64,000 nucleotides of DNA from an uncultured delta proteobacterium (GCA_963767925.1 CAVYGB010000008.1:1472001-1536000); one strand, 5' to 3'; shown: positions 43,710-55,588, counted from the first letter of the stretch. The notes: generated from the letters alone by a model not told the origin. Made by a program: numbers and translations.

Positions 43710-45227
43710 ATGGGCGGTTTCGTGCCCGATCGCGAGGGCTTCCTCGACCTCCTGCACGGAGGCCGGCTGGCCTTCGTTTACCGCGAGGAGCTCGCCGACT
43801 CGCTCACCCCGGTCTCCGCCTTCGCGCGGCTGGGCCGCGGACCCTATTCGTTCCTCCTCGAGAGCGTCGTCGGCGGAGAAAAGTGGGCCGCCTACAGCTT
43901 CCTGGGGGTGCGCCCCCGCGCCGTGTTCCGGGCCCGCGGCCGCACGGTGGAGATCCTCCGTCCCGAGGGCGCCGACTTCATCGTGGCCGAGCGGCGAGAA
44001 GAGGTGGACCCCTTCGCCGCCCTGGGCGCGTTCGTGCGGCAGCTCCCGGCGGCGGTCCCGCCTGGGCTGCCCCGCTTCTTCGGCGGGGCGGTGGGCTGGC
44101 TGGGCTACGATGCCGTGCGCTGGTTCGAGCGCCTGCCCAGCACCGTTCCCGACGAGCTCGGCCTGCCCGAAGCCTGCTTCGCCCTGACCGACACGGTCGT
44201 CGTCTTCGACAACCTGCGCGGGACGATCAAGGTCGTGGCCTGTGTCGACGCCGGCGCGGGGGACCCCGGCCGGGCCTACGACGACGCCTGCGCGCGCATC
44301 GAGGGGGTGCTCGACAAGCTGGCCCAGCCCTCGCCGCCGCTGCTCCCGCTCGGCGTCACCCCCCTCGACCCGGCCAGCCTCCCCCAGCCCAGCTCCCGTA
44401 CCCCCCGCGAGGCCTTCGAGGCGGGCGTGCGCAAGGTCCAGGAATACATCCGGGCGGGGGACGCCTTCCAGGTCGTCCTCTCCCAGCGCTTCGATCTCCC
44501 CCGGCAAGGCGTCGACCCGTTCGACGTGTACCGCCTGCTCCGGGTCATCAACCCGTCGCCCTACATGTTCCACCTCGAGTTCCCCGAGGCGGTCGTCACC
44601 GGGGCCTCGCCCGAGTGTCTGGTCCGCCTCGACGGCCGCCAGATCGAGGTCCGCCCCATCGCCGGCACGCGCCGCCGGGGCCGCACACCCGACGAGGATC
44701 TCGCCCTCGAGCGCGAGTTGCTGGCCGACGAGAAGGAGCGGGCCGAACACGTCATGCTGATCGATCTCGGCCGCAACGACGTGGGACGGGTGGCCGCGCC
44801 GGCGACGGTGAAAGTGGACGAGAAGATGCTGGTCGAGCGTTACTCCCACGTCATGCACCTGGTCTCCAACGTCAGCGGCACGCTGGCTGACGGCAAGGGC
44901 GCCGCCGAGGTGATCCGGGCGGCCTTCCCGACCGGCACCCTCTCGGGCGCCCCGAAGATCCGGGCCATGGAGATCATCGAGCAGCTCGAGCCCGCCCGGC
45001 GGGGCATCTACGGGGGCGCCGTGGGATACCTCTCGTATTCGGGCAACGCCGATCTGGCCATCGCCATCCGCACCCTGGTCACCCGGGGCGACTCGATCCA
45101 CGTCCAGGCCGGGGCCGGCATCGTGGCCGACAGCGTCCCGGAGCGCGAGCACGAGGAGTGTGTGAACAAGGCCCGCGCCGTGGTCCAGGCCGTCGAGATG
45201 GCCCGGCGGGCGCGGAGCGGGGGTTGA
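43710..45227 (+). CDS. trpE: Anthranilate synthase component I
   Basis: FLLESV, GDAFQVVLSQ, NPSPYM, PIAGTR, KERAEHVMLIDLGRND and GTLSGAPK. Confidence 0.95.
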   Translation: MGGFVPDREGFLDLLHGGRLAFVYREELADSLTPVSAFARLGRGPYSFLLESVVGGEKWAAYSFLGVRPRAVFRARGRTVEILRPEGADFIVAERREEVDPFAALGAFVRQLPAAVPPGLPRFFGGAVGWLGYDAVRWFERLPSTVPDELGLPEACFALTDTVVVFDNLRGTIKVVACVDAGAGDPGRAYDDACARIEGVLDKLAQPSPPLLPLGVTPLDPASLPQPSSRTPREAFEAGVRKVQEYIRAGDAFQVVLSQRFDLPRQGVDPFDVYRLLRVINPSPYMFHLEFPEAVVTGASPECLVRLDGRQIEVRPIAGTRRRGRTPDEDLALERELLADEKERAEHVMLIDLGRNDVGRVAAPATVKVDEKMLVERYSHVMHLVSNVSGTLADGKGAAEVIRAAFPTGTLSGAPKIRAMEIIEQLEPARRGIYGGAVGYLSYSGNADLAIAIRTLVTRGDSIHVQAGAGIVADSVPEREHEECVNKARAVVQAVEMARRARSGG

Positions 45228-45230
45228 TCG

Positions 45231-45802
<572 letters not shown>

Positions 45803-45806
<4 letters not shown>

Positions 45807-46878
45807 GCGCCTCGGCTCCGACCGTCGACGCCGGCTCGGCCTCCGGCGCTTCCCTGGATCTCCGCACGGCGCTGGCCCGCGTCGTCGAGCGCGGCGACCT
45901 CACCGCCGACGAGATGGCGGTGGTGGTGGGGCGGATCATGGACGGGGAGGGGACCCCCGCCCAGGTGGGGGCCCTGCTCACCGCGCTGCGGATGAAAGGC
46001 GAGACAGTGGGCGAGGTGGTGGGAGCGGCGCTGGCCATGCGGGCCCGCATGCTGCGGGTCAAGGCCAGCGACGGGGTCCTCGACACCTGCGGGACGGGTG
46101 GGGACGGGTCGGGGTCGGTCAACATCTCCACCCTGTCGTCGCTCATCGTGGCGGCCTGCGGGGTCAAGGTGGCCAAACACGGCAACCGGGCCCTCTCCTC
46201 GCGCTCCGGCTCTCACGACGTCATCGAGGCGCTGGGGATCGATCCCGCGCCCAGCCCCGACCTGGCGGCCCGCTGCCTGGACGAGGTGGGCATCTGCTTC
46301 ATGTTCGCGCCGGCCTACCACGCCGCCACCAAGTCGGTGGCGGGCGCCCGCCGCGAGCTCGGCTTCCGCACGCTGTTCAACCTGCTGGGGCCGCTGACCA
46401 ACCCGGCCGGCGCCCGCCTGCACCTCAACGGGGTCTTCTCCCGCGAGCGCTGCGAGTTCCTGGCCCGGGCCCACAAGGCGCTCGGGTCGCGGCGGGCCCT
46501 CGTCGTGCACGGAGGCGGGTTCGACGAGATCGCCCCCGCCGGGCCCACCCTGGTGGCCGAGCTGAGCGCCGACGGCAACCTGCGGACCTACGAGATCATC
46601 TCCCAGCTCCTTCGGCCTGCCGGAGGCCGATCCGGCGGGGCTCGCCGGGGGTGAGCCCGCGGTCAACGCCCGCATCTTGCGCGAGGCCCTGGCGGGCGCG
46701 CCCGGGCGCGGTCCGGCTGTCGGCCTTGATGAACGCGGCGGCGGCGATGTACGTGGCGGGCGCCGCTCCCGACTTCGTGACCGCGGCCACCCGGGCGGCT
46801 CAGGCCCTCGACAACGGCAAGGCCATGGCGGTGCTCGAACGGTTGCGGGCGCTGGCCCCCGCGCCACCGCGGGCGTGA
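45803..46878 (+). CDS. trpD: Anthranilate phosphoribosyltransferase; frameshifts near 46600 and 46705
   Basis: [23 protein letters not shown] and [13 protein letters not shown]. The C-terminal [10 protein letters not shown] is in a shifted frame. Confidence 0.92.
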
Positions 46879-46895
46879 TCGGGCAGGCCCCACCC

Positions 46896-47676
46896 ATGAT
46901 CCTCGATCGAATCGTCGCCCAGACCCGCATCACGGTTGCACGCGCGCGTCAGGCGGTGCCCCTGGCCCGCCTGGTGCAACTCGCCCGGCAGATGCCCTGG
47001 CCCCGCGACTTCGCGGGAGCCCTGCGCGGCGGCCGCATCGGCTGCATCGCCGAGTTCAAGCGCCGGTCTCCCTCGGCCGGCTGGCTGCGCGAGGGGTCCG
47101 ACCCGGCCCAGATCGCCCGCCGGTACCAGTCAGCCGGGGCAGCGGCCCTGTCGGTCTTGACCGATGAGCCATTCTTTTCGGGCAGCCTGTCCGACCTGCG
47201 GGCGCGCCCGGGCGGCCACCGCCTTGCCGGTGTTGCGCAAGGACTTCATCGTCGACCCGTACCAGATCGTCGAGGCCCGGGCCGCCGGCGCCGACGCCAT
47301 CTTGCTGATCGTGTCTGCCCTCACCGACCCCGAGCTGAGGGCCCTGATGGCCGAGGCCGGCCGCTGGGACCTGCAGGTGCTGTGCGAGGCCCACGACGAG
47401 GCCGAGATCGACCGGGCGGTCGCCGCCTCGGCCCGGATCGTCGGGATCAATCAGCGGGACCTGCGCACCTTCGGCGTGGATACCACACTTGCACTCCGAC
47501 TGAGGCAGCGGGTACCCAACGGTCGCATCGTGGTGGCCGAATCCGGGATCCGTTCATCAGACGACGTAGAGCGCTTGCGCGCAGGCGGCGTGGACGCGAT
47601 CCTAGTGGGTGAGGCGTTGATGCGCGCTCCTGACCCCGGTCTCGCTCTCAAGCAGCTCCTGGCCCCTCCCTCATGA
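46896..47676 (+). CDS. trpC: Indole-3-glycerol phosphate synthase; frameshift near 47205
   Basis: IAEFKRRSPS and LSVLTDEPFF, then LRKDFI, GINQRDL, AESGI and LVGEALM. Confidence 0.92.
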
Positions 47677-48309
47677 AGTTCATGGTGAAGATATGCGGCG
47701 TCACGCGGCCCGAAGACGCCGCCTTCGCCGCCGATCAAGGGGCGACGGCCATCGGCCTGAACTTCTGGCGCGGATCCAAGCGGTTCGTCGAGGACGCGCA
47801 GGCGCGCGAGATCCTCGCCGCCCTGCCGAGCACCGTCCTCTGCGTGGGCGTGTTCGTGAACGCGCACCCGCTGGTGGTCACCGAGACCCTCTCCGATCTG
47901 GGGCTGGACATGGTCCAGCTCCACGGCGACGAGAAGGTCGGGAGCTGGTCCGAGATCCCCTCCAAGCGGATCGTGCGCGCCATCCGGGTCTACGACGAGG
48001 CCTCGCATGAAAGAGGCGCTCGCCTGGGACCCGGCCTTCTTCATCTACGACGCCCATACCCCCTCCTTCGGTGGGGCGGGCGTGACCGCGCCCTGGTCGA
48101 TCATCGCCGCCGGCGCCCGGCGCCCCTTCCTGCTGGCCGGCGGGCTGAGCCCGGACAACGTGCGCACGGCGATCGAGACGGTGCGCCCCGACGGCGTCGA
48201 CGTCGCCAGCGGGGTGGAGTCGAGCCCGGGCATCAAGGACAAGCGCACGCTCGCCGCCTTCATCCAGGCGGCCCACGAAGCGGCCCGCGCGACCGGCGCC
48301 GAGGTCTAG
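47673..48309 (+). CDS. trpF: Phosphoribosylanthranilate isomerase; frameshift near 48005
   Basis: VKICGVT and VQLHGDE, then LAGGLSPDNV and DVASGVE..PGIKD. Confidence 0.92.
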
Positions 48310-48315
48310 CCTCCG

Positions 48316-48957
48316 TCAGGTGCGGGTGAGAACCCGGGCGGTGGGCCCGCGGCCCTCGCGCAGCACCGCCACCCATTCGTCGACCAGGCTGACGACCGTG
48401 GAGGGCGCCCCGTCGAGCTCGCCGCCGTCGAGGATGAGGTCCAGCCTGGTTCCGAACTCGTCCTGGATCATCTTCGCGGTCGTGAGCGTGCGTCCGTCGG
48501 GGGCCTTGGCGGTCACCGTCACGAGCGGGAGGCCCAGCCGCCACAGCAGCTTCTCGCACAGCCGGCTCTGGGGGATGCGCACCCCGATGGTCGGCCGCTG
48601 CGGCAGCCCCGCCGAGTCGGCCACCTTGGGCGCGGCGACCAGCTCGGCGCAATACGGTCCGGGGAAGATGCGGGTCAAGACCCGGTAGGCCGGCTCGTTG
48701 ACCACAGCGTAGTGGGGCAGGGCGCCGATGTCGGGGAGCATGAGCGTGAAGGGGCGCTTGCTCGTGTCGATGCCGCGCAGATTCTGGATCCGCTCGGCCG
48801 AGGCCGGCTGTCCGAGCACGCAGCCGATGCCGTAGAGCGTGTCGGTGGGGAAGGCCAGCACGCCGCCGCCGCGCACCACATCGAGCGCGCGAAGCAAGAT
48901 AGCCTCGTCCGGCTTGTCCGGATTCACCTCGACGATGGGAGCGACGGGAGTGGTCAC
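48316..48957 (-). CDS. Sua5/YciO/YrdC family protein
   Basis: AFPTDTLYGIGC, FPGPY, TIGVRIP and PSTVV. TAK stands in place of the usual TSAN. Confidence 0.85.
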   Translation of the reverse strand: MTTPVAPIVEVNPDKPDEAILLRALDVVRGGGVLAFPTDTLYGIGCVLGQPASAERIQNLRGIDTSKRPFTLMLPDIGALPHYAVVNEPAYRVLTRIFPGPYCAELVAAPKVADSAGLPQRPTIGVRIPQSRLCEKLLWRLGLPLVTVTAKAPDGRTLTTAKMIQDEFGTRLDLILDGGELDGAPSTVVSLVDEWVAVLREGRGPTARVLTRT

Positions 48958-49059
48958 GTGACCGGGCCTCCGTGGCGTTTACCGTGCGCCGACCACGAGC
49001 GCAAGACATCCCCGCGCGAGGGCGCAACCCACGACAAGGTATGGGCTAGATTGCGCCTG

Positions 49060-51162
49060 GTGCCCGGTTCCTCATCCGTCGCAGCGGTTACGCTGCTGGC
49101 CCTGGTCATCGCGGAGCCCGCGCTCGGCTGGGCCCGCGGTGCGCACCGTGTCTCGATCGACGTGCGTGGGCCCCTGGCCCTCGTCGAGGTGGAGCGGCCG
49201 CTGGTCTTCGGCGCCGAATACGGCCGGACCGCCTCCGACGAGGTGGTGGTGGACCTGGACCTTCCGGAGGGCGCGCTGCTGGCCGGGGCCGAGCTGAGCG
49301 AGCGGGGCCGATCGCTGCGCCTGACCGCCACCGCCGCGGCGGAGGCCGGCCGGCGCTACGGAGATGCGACCCAGGCGGCTGGCTGGCGGGCGGCCAAGGT
49401 GCCCCTCGACGAGGGCGTCGACCTGCGCCTGCGGGTGGCCGGATCCGGCCTGGGAGAGGCGACCGGCGCGGCGGGCTGGTCGCTGCGCTACCGGTTCGTG
49501 GCGCCGCTCGCCTGCCGTGACGGACGGCTGCGCCTCGCCATGCCCGGCTCGCTCGACCCCGGCCCCACCGAGGCCGAGGTGACGATCCGCCTGCAGCTCG
49601 GCCGGACCGCCTCGCTGCTGGAGATCGACGGCCGCCCCCTGCGCCCGACGGGCAGCGGGGTGGCCCGCGCGCGCACCTCCCTGTCGGTCGGCCGGGCCTG
49701 GACGCTGGAGGTCGGCACCGCAAGCACCGGCCCGCAGGCCGCCGTGGGGATCGCCTTCGCGGCCGGCGCCGCCACGGCGGCGGGACATGGCCTGCTGGCC
49801 GTGACGGTCTGCCGTCCTCCGGCTGCCAGCCCACCGCCGGCGGCCAGCCGGCTGATCCTCCTCGTCGATCGATCGCGCAGCGTCGGACCGGGCGGCGCCG
49901 CGGTCGCCCGCGACCTGGCGAAGGCGCTGGTCCTGGCCCTGCCCCCCACGCTCGCCTTCAACGCCATCTTCTTCGATCGCCAGGCCGAGCCGCTCTTCCC
50001 GCTGCCCCGCTCGGCCACTCTGGAAGCGCTCGGCGCCCTGGAGGATGCCGTCGGGCTGGGCAGCCTGCGCAACGGGACCGACCTGGCGCAAGCGCTGCGG
50101 CGGGCAGCCCTGCTGACCGCGGCCGAGGTGGGCGGGGCCGCGCCCGCCTACTGGATCACGCTCACCGACGGCGCGCTGTCGGACGAGGACACGCCCGAGC
50201 GCCTGCGGGCGGCGCTGGCCGGGCTGGGCCCGGATCGGGTGAAGGCGGCGATGCTCGTCCTGAGGCCGGACGGCGATGACGCCCCGTCGCCGGAGGCCCG
50301 CCGGGCGCTGGCCGAGGTGCCTGGCCGCCTGGGCGGGCTGCTGCGGGAGCTCCCGGCCAGCGCGGCCAGCGCGGCGGCGCCGGCGATCGTGGCGGGCCTG
50401 CGCGGTCCGGGCGATCTCATCCACCCCGCGGTCAGCGGGCCCGGGATCGAGCGACCGCAGGACTTGACCCCCATCTCCATCCCTCCGGGCGCGGGCGGGC
50501 AGGTGCTGGCCCGGACCACCAGCCTCGCCGCCGGCCGCCTGGTGGTCCGGGGCTCCCTCGCGGGCGCGGCCGTCTCCCTGACCGCTCCGGTTGTCGCGCT
50601 GGGTGCGTCCTGGGGACGGGCCCTGCTCCCCCGCGCCGAGAGGCTGGCCTGGTTGAAGGCCCGCGCGGGCAACGCCGTCCTCCTCGCGCCGGCGGCGGTC
50701 GACGCCCCGCCGGAGCCGCCGGCGATGCGCGGTCGGATGGAGCGCGACGTGGTCCAGCGGGCGCTCGGCTATGCCTTTCTGCCCCGCGCCCGGGCCTGTT
50801 ACCTCACGCGCGCGATAAAGTCGGCCGCCGACTTCCTGCTCAAGGGCCGGCTGCGCCTGGAGCTGCACCTCGAGCGGGGCGAGATGATGGGCGCGGCCGT
50901 CCGGCGCTCCACCCTGGGCCGTCCCGACATCGAAGCGTGCCTGCGGGAAGCCGCCTTCGCCGTCGAGGTGCCCCGGGCCCTGCACAGCGACGCGCCGGTG
51001 ATCGCCGCCCTGAACCTCGTGTTTCGCCCGCGCACCGAGGCCCGGGTCAGCGACGCCGGCGCCGGCGACGACGCCATCGACCGCATCCTGGGACCGATGC
51101 CACCGCCCTCCGACCCGCTCGAGCTCCTGATCGAGGACGCCGGCCTCCAGCCTGCGCCTTGA
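49060..51162 (+). CDS. Secreted VIT-like + vWA protein with a C-terminal AgmX/PglI (TonB-C-like) domain
   Basis: Signal peptide, LLVDRSRS MIDAS, NGTDL and LTDG. The tail reads RARACYL..GRLRLEL..RSTLGRPDIEACL..LVFRP. Start GTG 49060 is inferred. Confidence 0.6.
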   Translation: MPGSSSVAAVTLLALVIAEPALGWARGAHRVSIDVRGPLALVEVERPLVFGAEYGRTASDEVVVDLDLPEGALLAGAELSERGRSLRLTATAAAEAGRRYGDATQAAGWRAAKVPLDEGVDLRLRVAGSGLGEATGAAGWSLRYRFVAPLACRDGRLRLAMPGSLDPGPTEAEVTIRLQLGRTASLLEIDGRPLRPTGSGVARARTSLSVGRAWTLEVGTASTGPQAAVGIAFAAGAATAAGHGLLAVTVCRPPAASPPPAASRLILLVDRSRSVGPGGAAVARDLAKALVLALPPTLAFNAIFFDRQAEPLFPLPRSATLEALGALEDAVGLGSLRNGTDLAQALRRAALLTAAEVGGAAPAYWITLTDGALSDEDTPERLRAALAGLGPDRVKAAMLVLRPDGDDAPSPEARRALAEVPGRLGGLLRELPASAASAAAPAIVAGLRGPGDLIHPAVSGPGIERPQDLTPISIPPGAGGQVLARTTSLAAGRLVVRGSLAGAAVSLTAPVVALGASWGRALLPRAERLAWLKARAGNAVLLAPAAVDAPPEPPAMRGRMERDVVQRALGYAFLPRARACYLTRAIKSAADFLLKGRLRLELHLERGEMMGAAVRRSTLGRPDIEACLREAAFAVEVPRALHSDAPVIAALNLVFRPRTEARVSDAGAGDDAIDRILGPMPPPSDPLELLIEDAGLQPAP

Positions 51163-51197
51163 CCGAGGGGCCAAAAACGCCTAGACCACCTCTTTTC

Positions 51198-51800
51198 ATG
51201 GGTTCGTTGCGCGATCGGCGCCGGCGCCACGATGTCTTCTTTCGCAAGGCGCGGGAGCAGGGCTTCGCGGCGCGATCGGTCTTCAAGCTCGAGGATCTGG
51301 ACCGCCGGTTCCGGCTCCTGCACCCCGGCGAGCGGGTGCTCGACCTCGGCTGCCGCCCTGGCTCCTGGCTGAAATATGTCCTCGGCGTGGTGGGCACCCA
51401 CGGGCGCGCCGTCGGGCTCGACCGGAAGCCCCTGGACGCGCCCCTGCCCGGGGCGCGGGTCGTGGTGGGCGACGTCTTCACCGTGACCGACGCCGAGCTG
51501 CTCGGTGAGGAGCGGGCCTTCGACGTGGTGCTCTCTGACATGGCGCCCGACACGACCGGCATCCGCTCGGCCGATCAAGCCCGCTCGGCCGATCTGGTGA
51601 AGGAGGCCTGCGGGCGCGCCGAGCGGCTCCTGGCACCGGGGGGGCGCCTGGTGGCGAAGGTGTTCCAGGGTCCCGACGTGGCCGTCTTGCGCAAGGCGCT
51701 TCAGGCCCGCTTCGGCGAGGTCCACCTGGTCAAGCCGGAGGCCTCCCGGGCCGCCAGCACCGAGCTTTATCTCGTCGCCAAGGCGTTCGCTCCGGCCTAG
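51198..51800 (+). CDS. rlmE: 23S rRNA Um2552 methyltransferase (RlmE/FtsJ)
   Basis: ARSVFKL, LDLGCRPGSW, VLSDMAP, KVFQG and KPEASR..STELY. Confidence 0.93.
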   Translation: MGSLRDRRRRHDVFFRKAREQGFAARSVFKLEDLDRRFRLLHPGERVLDLGCRPGSWLKYVLGVVGTHGRAVGLDRKPLDAPLPGARVVVGDVFTVTDAELLGEERAFDVVLSDMAPDTTGIRSADQARSADLVKEACGRAERLLAPGGRLVAKVFQGPDVAVLRKALQARFGEVHLVKPEASRAASTELYLVAKAFAPA

Positions 51801-51809
51801 GTTGGCGCC

Positions 51810-53673
51810 ATGAGTGACGCGACCGCTGCATCCCCGACCGGCGCCGGCCGGATCCGGATCCTCCCGGCCGAGCTGGCCGAGCAGATCGCCGCCGGAGAGG
51901 TCGTCGAGCGCCCCGCCTCGGTGGTCAAGGAGCTGGTGGAGAACGCCCTCGATGCCGGCGCCCGGAAGATCGAGGTCGCGATCGAGTCCGGCGGCCGCCG
52001 GCTCCTGCGCGTTGTCGACGACGGCTGCGGCATGACGCCCGCCGAGGCCCGCCTGGCCCTGCGCCGGCACGCCACCTCCAAGCTGAAGGCCGCCGACGAC
52101 CTGTGGTCGCTGGCGACCTTCGGGTTCCGGGGCGAGGCCTTGCCGTCGATCGCCTCCGTCTCCCGGCTCAAGCTGCAGACGAAGACCGCCGACAGCGTGG
52201 CCGGCTTTCGGCTCGTGCTCGAGGGCGGCCGGGAGATCGAGGCGCGCGAGACGGGCATGCCGGACGGCACCCAGATCGAGGTCAGCGACCTGTTCTTCAA
52301 CACCCCCGTGCGGCTCAAGTTCCTCAAGGCCGAGGCGACCGAGTCGGGCAACGTGGCCGACGCGCTCCTGCGGCTGGCGCTGGCCAACCCCGCCGTCCAC
52401 TTCCGGCTGCGCAGCGACGAGCGGTCGGTGCTGGACCTGCCGCCGGTGCCGATCCTGGCCGAGCGGGTCCGCAGCGCCCTCGGGCGCCGGGGCACGGGGG
52501 TGCTGCACGAGGCGCTCGGCGAGGAGAACGGGGTGCGCGTGCAGGCCCTGGTGGCGGCGCCCGAGGAGGCGAGCAACACCCCCCGCAACACCTTCCTCTT
52601 CGTCAACGGGCGCTCGGTCCGGGATCGGACCCTGCTCTCTGCCCTCGGCCTGGCCTACGGCGAGCTGCTCGAGCGGGGGCGCTACCCGCTGGGCGTGCTT
52701 TTCCTCCAGGTGCCGGGCCAGGAGGTGGACGTCAACGTCCACCCCCAGAAGCTCGAGGTTCGCTTCGCCCGGGCCCAGGAGGTCGCCGCCGCCGTCCGCC
52801 ACGTCGTCGGCGCGGCGATCGCCCGCGCGCCCTGGCTGGCGCCCGCCCAGGTCGTCTACGCACGGCCCGCCCGCCCCGCCCGACGGGGCCCGCGATCGGC
52901 CCTGGGACGCTGGCCCCTCGGGGACCTGGTCGGTCCGGGAGGCGGGGGCCCGGGCCGCGGCGGGCAGCCAGCGGAGCTTCGACCGGCCGGCCCCGGTCGA
53001 CCCGGCGCCCGTACTGCCGGATCGGCCGCCCGCCTTCCCCTGGGCGCCGCCCCCCGCCGAGGCGGGCCTCGCCACGCCGGACGCCTTCTTCGGAGACCTG
53101 ACCTACATCGGCCAGCTGCACGGGACCTATCTGGTGTGCGAGGCGCCGGGTGAGCTGGTGCTGGTGGACCAGCACGCCTCGCACGAGCGGCTCACCTTCC
53201 AGCGCCTGCGGCGGGCCTACCGCAGCCGGCAGGTGGCGCAGCAGCGGCTGCTCTTCCCGGTCGAGGTGGAGCTCGACGAGGCGGCGCTGGCCACCATCGA
53301 CAGCGAGGCCGCCGCGAGCCTGCTGTCGGGGCTGGGCTTCGAGGTCGAGGGCTGGGGCGGGCGCCGGCTGGTGCTGCGGGCGGTGCCCGACCTGCTCAAG
53401 GATGCCGACCCCCGCCCGCTGCTGCTGGACGCCCTGCACGGCCTGGGCGAGGGACCGCACTTCAGCGAGGCCGAGGGCGCCCTCGACCACCTGTTCGCCA
53501 CCCTCGCGTGCCACGGGTCGCGCCGGGGGGGCGACGTGATGGGGCGGCCGGAGGCCGAGGCGCTGCTCCAGTCCCTCGATGCCTCCGACTTCCGATCGCA
53601 TTGCCCCCACGGACGCCCGGTGCTCGTTCGCTTTTCCATCACCGAGCTGGAACGGCGCTTCGGGCGTGCCTGA
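51810..53673 (+). CDS. mutL: DNA mismatch repair endonuclease MutL; frameshift in the linker near 52870-52890
   Basis: IAAGEVVERPASVVKELVENALDA, GFRGEAL and DVNVHPQK. The C-terminal domain has DQHASHER, ACH and CPHGRP. Confidence 0.93.
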
Positions 53674-54589
53674 TCCGCCGCGGCTCGTCGCCATCCTGGG
53701 CCCCACCGCGGCCGGCAAGAGCGCCCTGGGCCTGGAGGTGGCCGACCGGCTGGGTGGCGAGATCCTCTGCTGCGACTCGGTCCAGGTCTACCGGGGCCTG
53801 GACATCGGGAGCGCCAAGCCGAGCCGGGCCGACCAGGCCCAGGTGCCCCACCACCTCCTCGACCTCGTGCCGCCGGACGAGCCCTTTCACGCCGCCCGCT
53901 GGGCCCGCGAGGCGCGCACCGCCCTCGAAGGGGTGACCGGCCGCGGGCGGCTGCCGGTGCTGGTGGGCGGCACCGGCCTCTACTTCCGGGCGCTGCTGCG
54001 GGGCCTGTTCGACGCGCCGCCGCCCGACCCGGCTATCCGGGCCCGGCACCAGGAAGAGGCCCGGGCCGAGGGGGTGAGCGCCCTGCACCAGCGCCTGGCC
54101 GCGGTCGATCCCGAGGCGGCCGCGCGCATCCACGCCGGGGACCTGCTGCGCATCAGCCGCGCGCTGGAGGTCTTCGAGCAGACGGGCATCCCGCTGACCG
54201 CTCTCCACCGGGCCGCGCCGGAGCCACCGCCGCTTTGCTGCTTCACGGTCGTCCTCGATCCGCCGACGCCGGAGCTGCGGACCCGGGTCTCGACGCGGGT
54301 GGACGCGATGCTGGCGGCCGGCTGGGTCGACGAGGTGCGTGCCCTGCGCGACGCAGGCTTCGGTGCGTCGCGCGCCCTGCAGTCGCTGGGCTACCGCCAG
54401 ATCGGCCAGCTCCTCGATGGCCACCTGACGCCCGAGCAGGCGCTGGCGGACACCAAGCTGGCCACCGCGGCCTACGCGCGCCGTCAGCGAACCTGGTTCC
54501 AGAAGGAGCCCGCAGACCTCTTGCTGCAGGGGGCTTTCGACCTGGAACCGGTGCTCGCCTCCGTCGCGGCCTGGGCCGACTTGCGCTAG
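53666..54589 (+). CDS. miaA: tRNA dimethylallyltransferase
   Basis: GPTAAGKS, DSVQVYRGLDIGSAKP, VGGTGLY and YARRQRTWF. Confidence 0.95.
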   Translation: MPDPPRLVAILGPTAAGKSALGLEVADRLGGEILCCDSVQVYRGLDIGSAKPSRADQAQVPHHLLDLVPPDEPFHAARWAREARTALEGVTGRGRLPVLVGGTGLYFRALLRGLFDAPPPDPAIRARHQEEARAEGVSALHQRLAAVDPEAAARIHAGDLLRISRALEVFEQTGIPLTALHRAAPEPPPLCCFTVVLDPPTPELRTRVSTRVDAMLAAGWVDEVRALRDAGFGASRALQSLGYRQIGQLLDGHLTPEQALADTKLATAAYARRQRTWFQKEPADLLLQGAFDLEPVLASVAAWADLR

Positions 54590-54601
54590 TCTCACGCCGC
54601 C

Positions 54602-55588
54602 ATGGCGACCCCTTCCGAGACGCCCGTGCTGGAGTTCGAGCGTCCCGTCGTCGAGCTCGAGCGCAAGATCGCCGAGCTCAGGCGCATTGCGTCTTCATCC
54701 ACGGACTTCGACCGGGAGGTCAAGGCGCTGGAGGCGCGGGTCGTGGACCTGCAGCGCGAGATCTTCGCCGACCTGACCCCCTGGCAGACCGTCCTGCTCT
54801 CCCGACATCCGGGTCGCCCCTACACCGCCGACTACCTCGGCCGGCTGGTGACCGACTTCGTCGAGATACACGGAGACCGGCGCTTCGGCGACGACCCCGC
54901 CATCCTCTCGGGCTTCGGCTGGTTCGACGACCTCCCGGTGCTGTGCCTGGGTCACCAGAAGGGCCGGACCACCCGGGAAAACGTCCTGCGAAACTTCGGC
55001 ATGCCCAAGCCGGAGGGGTACCGCAAGGCCCTGCGCCTCATGGAGCTGGCCGCCCGATTCCGCCGGCCCATCCTCTGCTTCATCGACACCACCGGCGCCT
55101 ACCCGGGGCTCGACGCGGAGGAGCGGGGCCAGGCCGAGGCCATCGCCAAGAACCTGGAGGTGATGTCCGCGCTGCCGGTCCCCATCGTGGCGGCGGTGAT
55201 CGGCGAGGGCGGCTCGGGCGGCGCGCTGGCGCTCGGGGTGGCCGACCGGATCTTGATGCTGGAGTATTCGGTCTATTCCGTGATCTCGCCCGAGGGCTGC
55301 GCCTCGATCCTCTGGCGAGACGACGACAAGAAGGGCGACGCGGCCGCCGCCATGAAGATGACCGCCCGGGATCTGCAGCGCCTGGGGGTGGTGGACGAGG
55401 TCGTCCGGGAGGCCCCCGGCGGGGCCCACCGGGACGCCGACGTCACCGCCAAGAACCTGGGGAACGCCCTCCGGCGCCACCTGGCCGAGCTCTGGGCGCT
55501 TTCGCCCGAGCGTCTGGTGGAGATGCGTTACGAAAAGTACCGGGCCATGGGCGCCTTCACCGAAGCCAGCATCGCGTCGGCTATTTGA
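54602..55588 (+). CDS. accA: Acetyl-CoA carboxylase carboxyltransferase alpha subunit
   Basis: LEFERP, NFGMPKPEGYRKALR, GEGGSGGALA and YSVISPEGCASILW. Confidence 0.96.
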   Translation: MATPSETPVLEFERPVVELERKIAELRRIASSSTDFDREVKALEARVVDLQREIFADLTPWQTVLLSRHPGRPYTADYLGRLVTDFVEIHGDRRFGDDPAILSGFGWFDDLPVLCLGHQKGRTTRENVLRNFGMPKPEGYRKALRLMELAARFRRPILCFIDTTGAYPGLDAEERGQAEAIAKNLEVMSALPVPIVAAVIGEGGSGGALALGVADRILMLEYSVYSVISPEGCASILWRDDDKKGDAAAAMKMTARDLQRLGVVDEVVREAPGGAHRDADVTAKNLGNALRRHLAELWALSPERLVEMRYEKYRAMGAFTEASIASAI

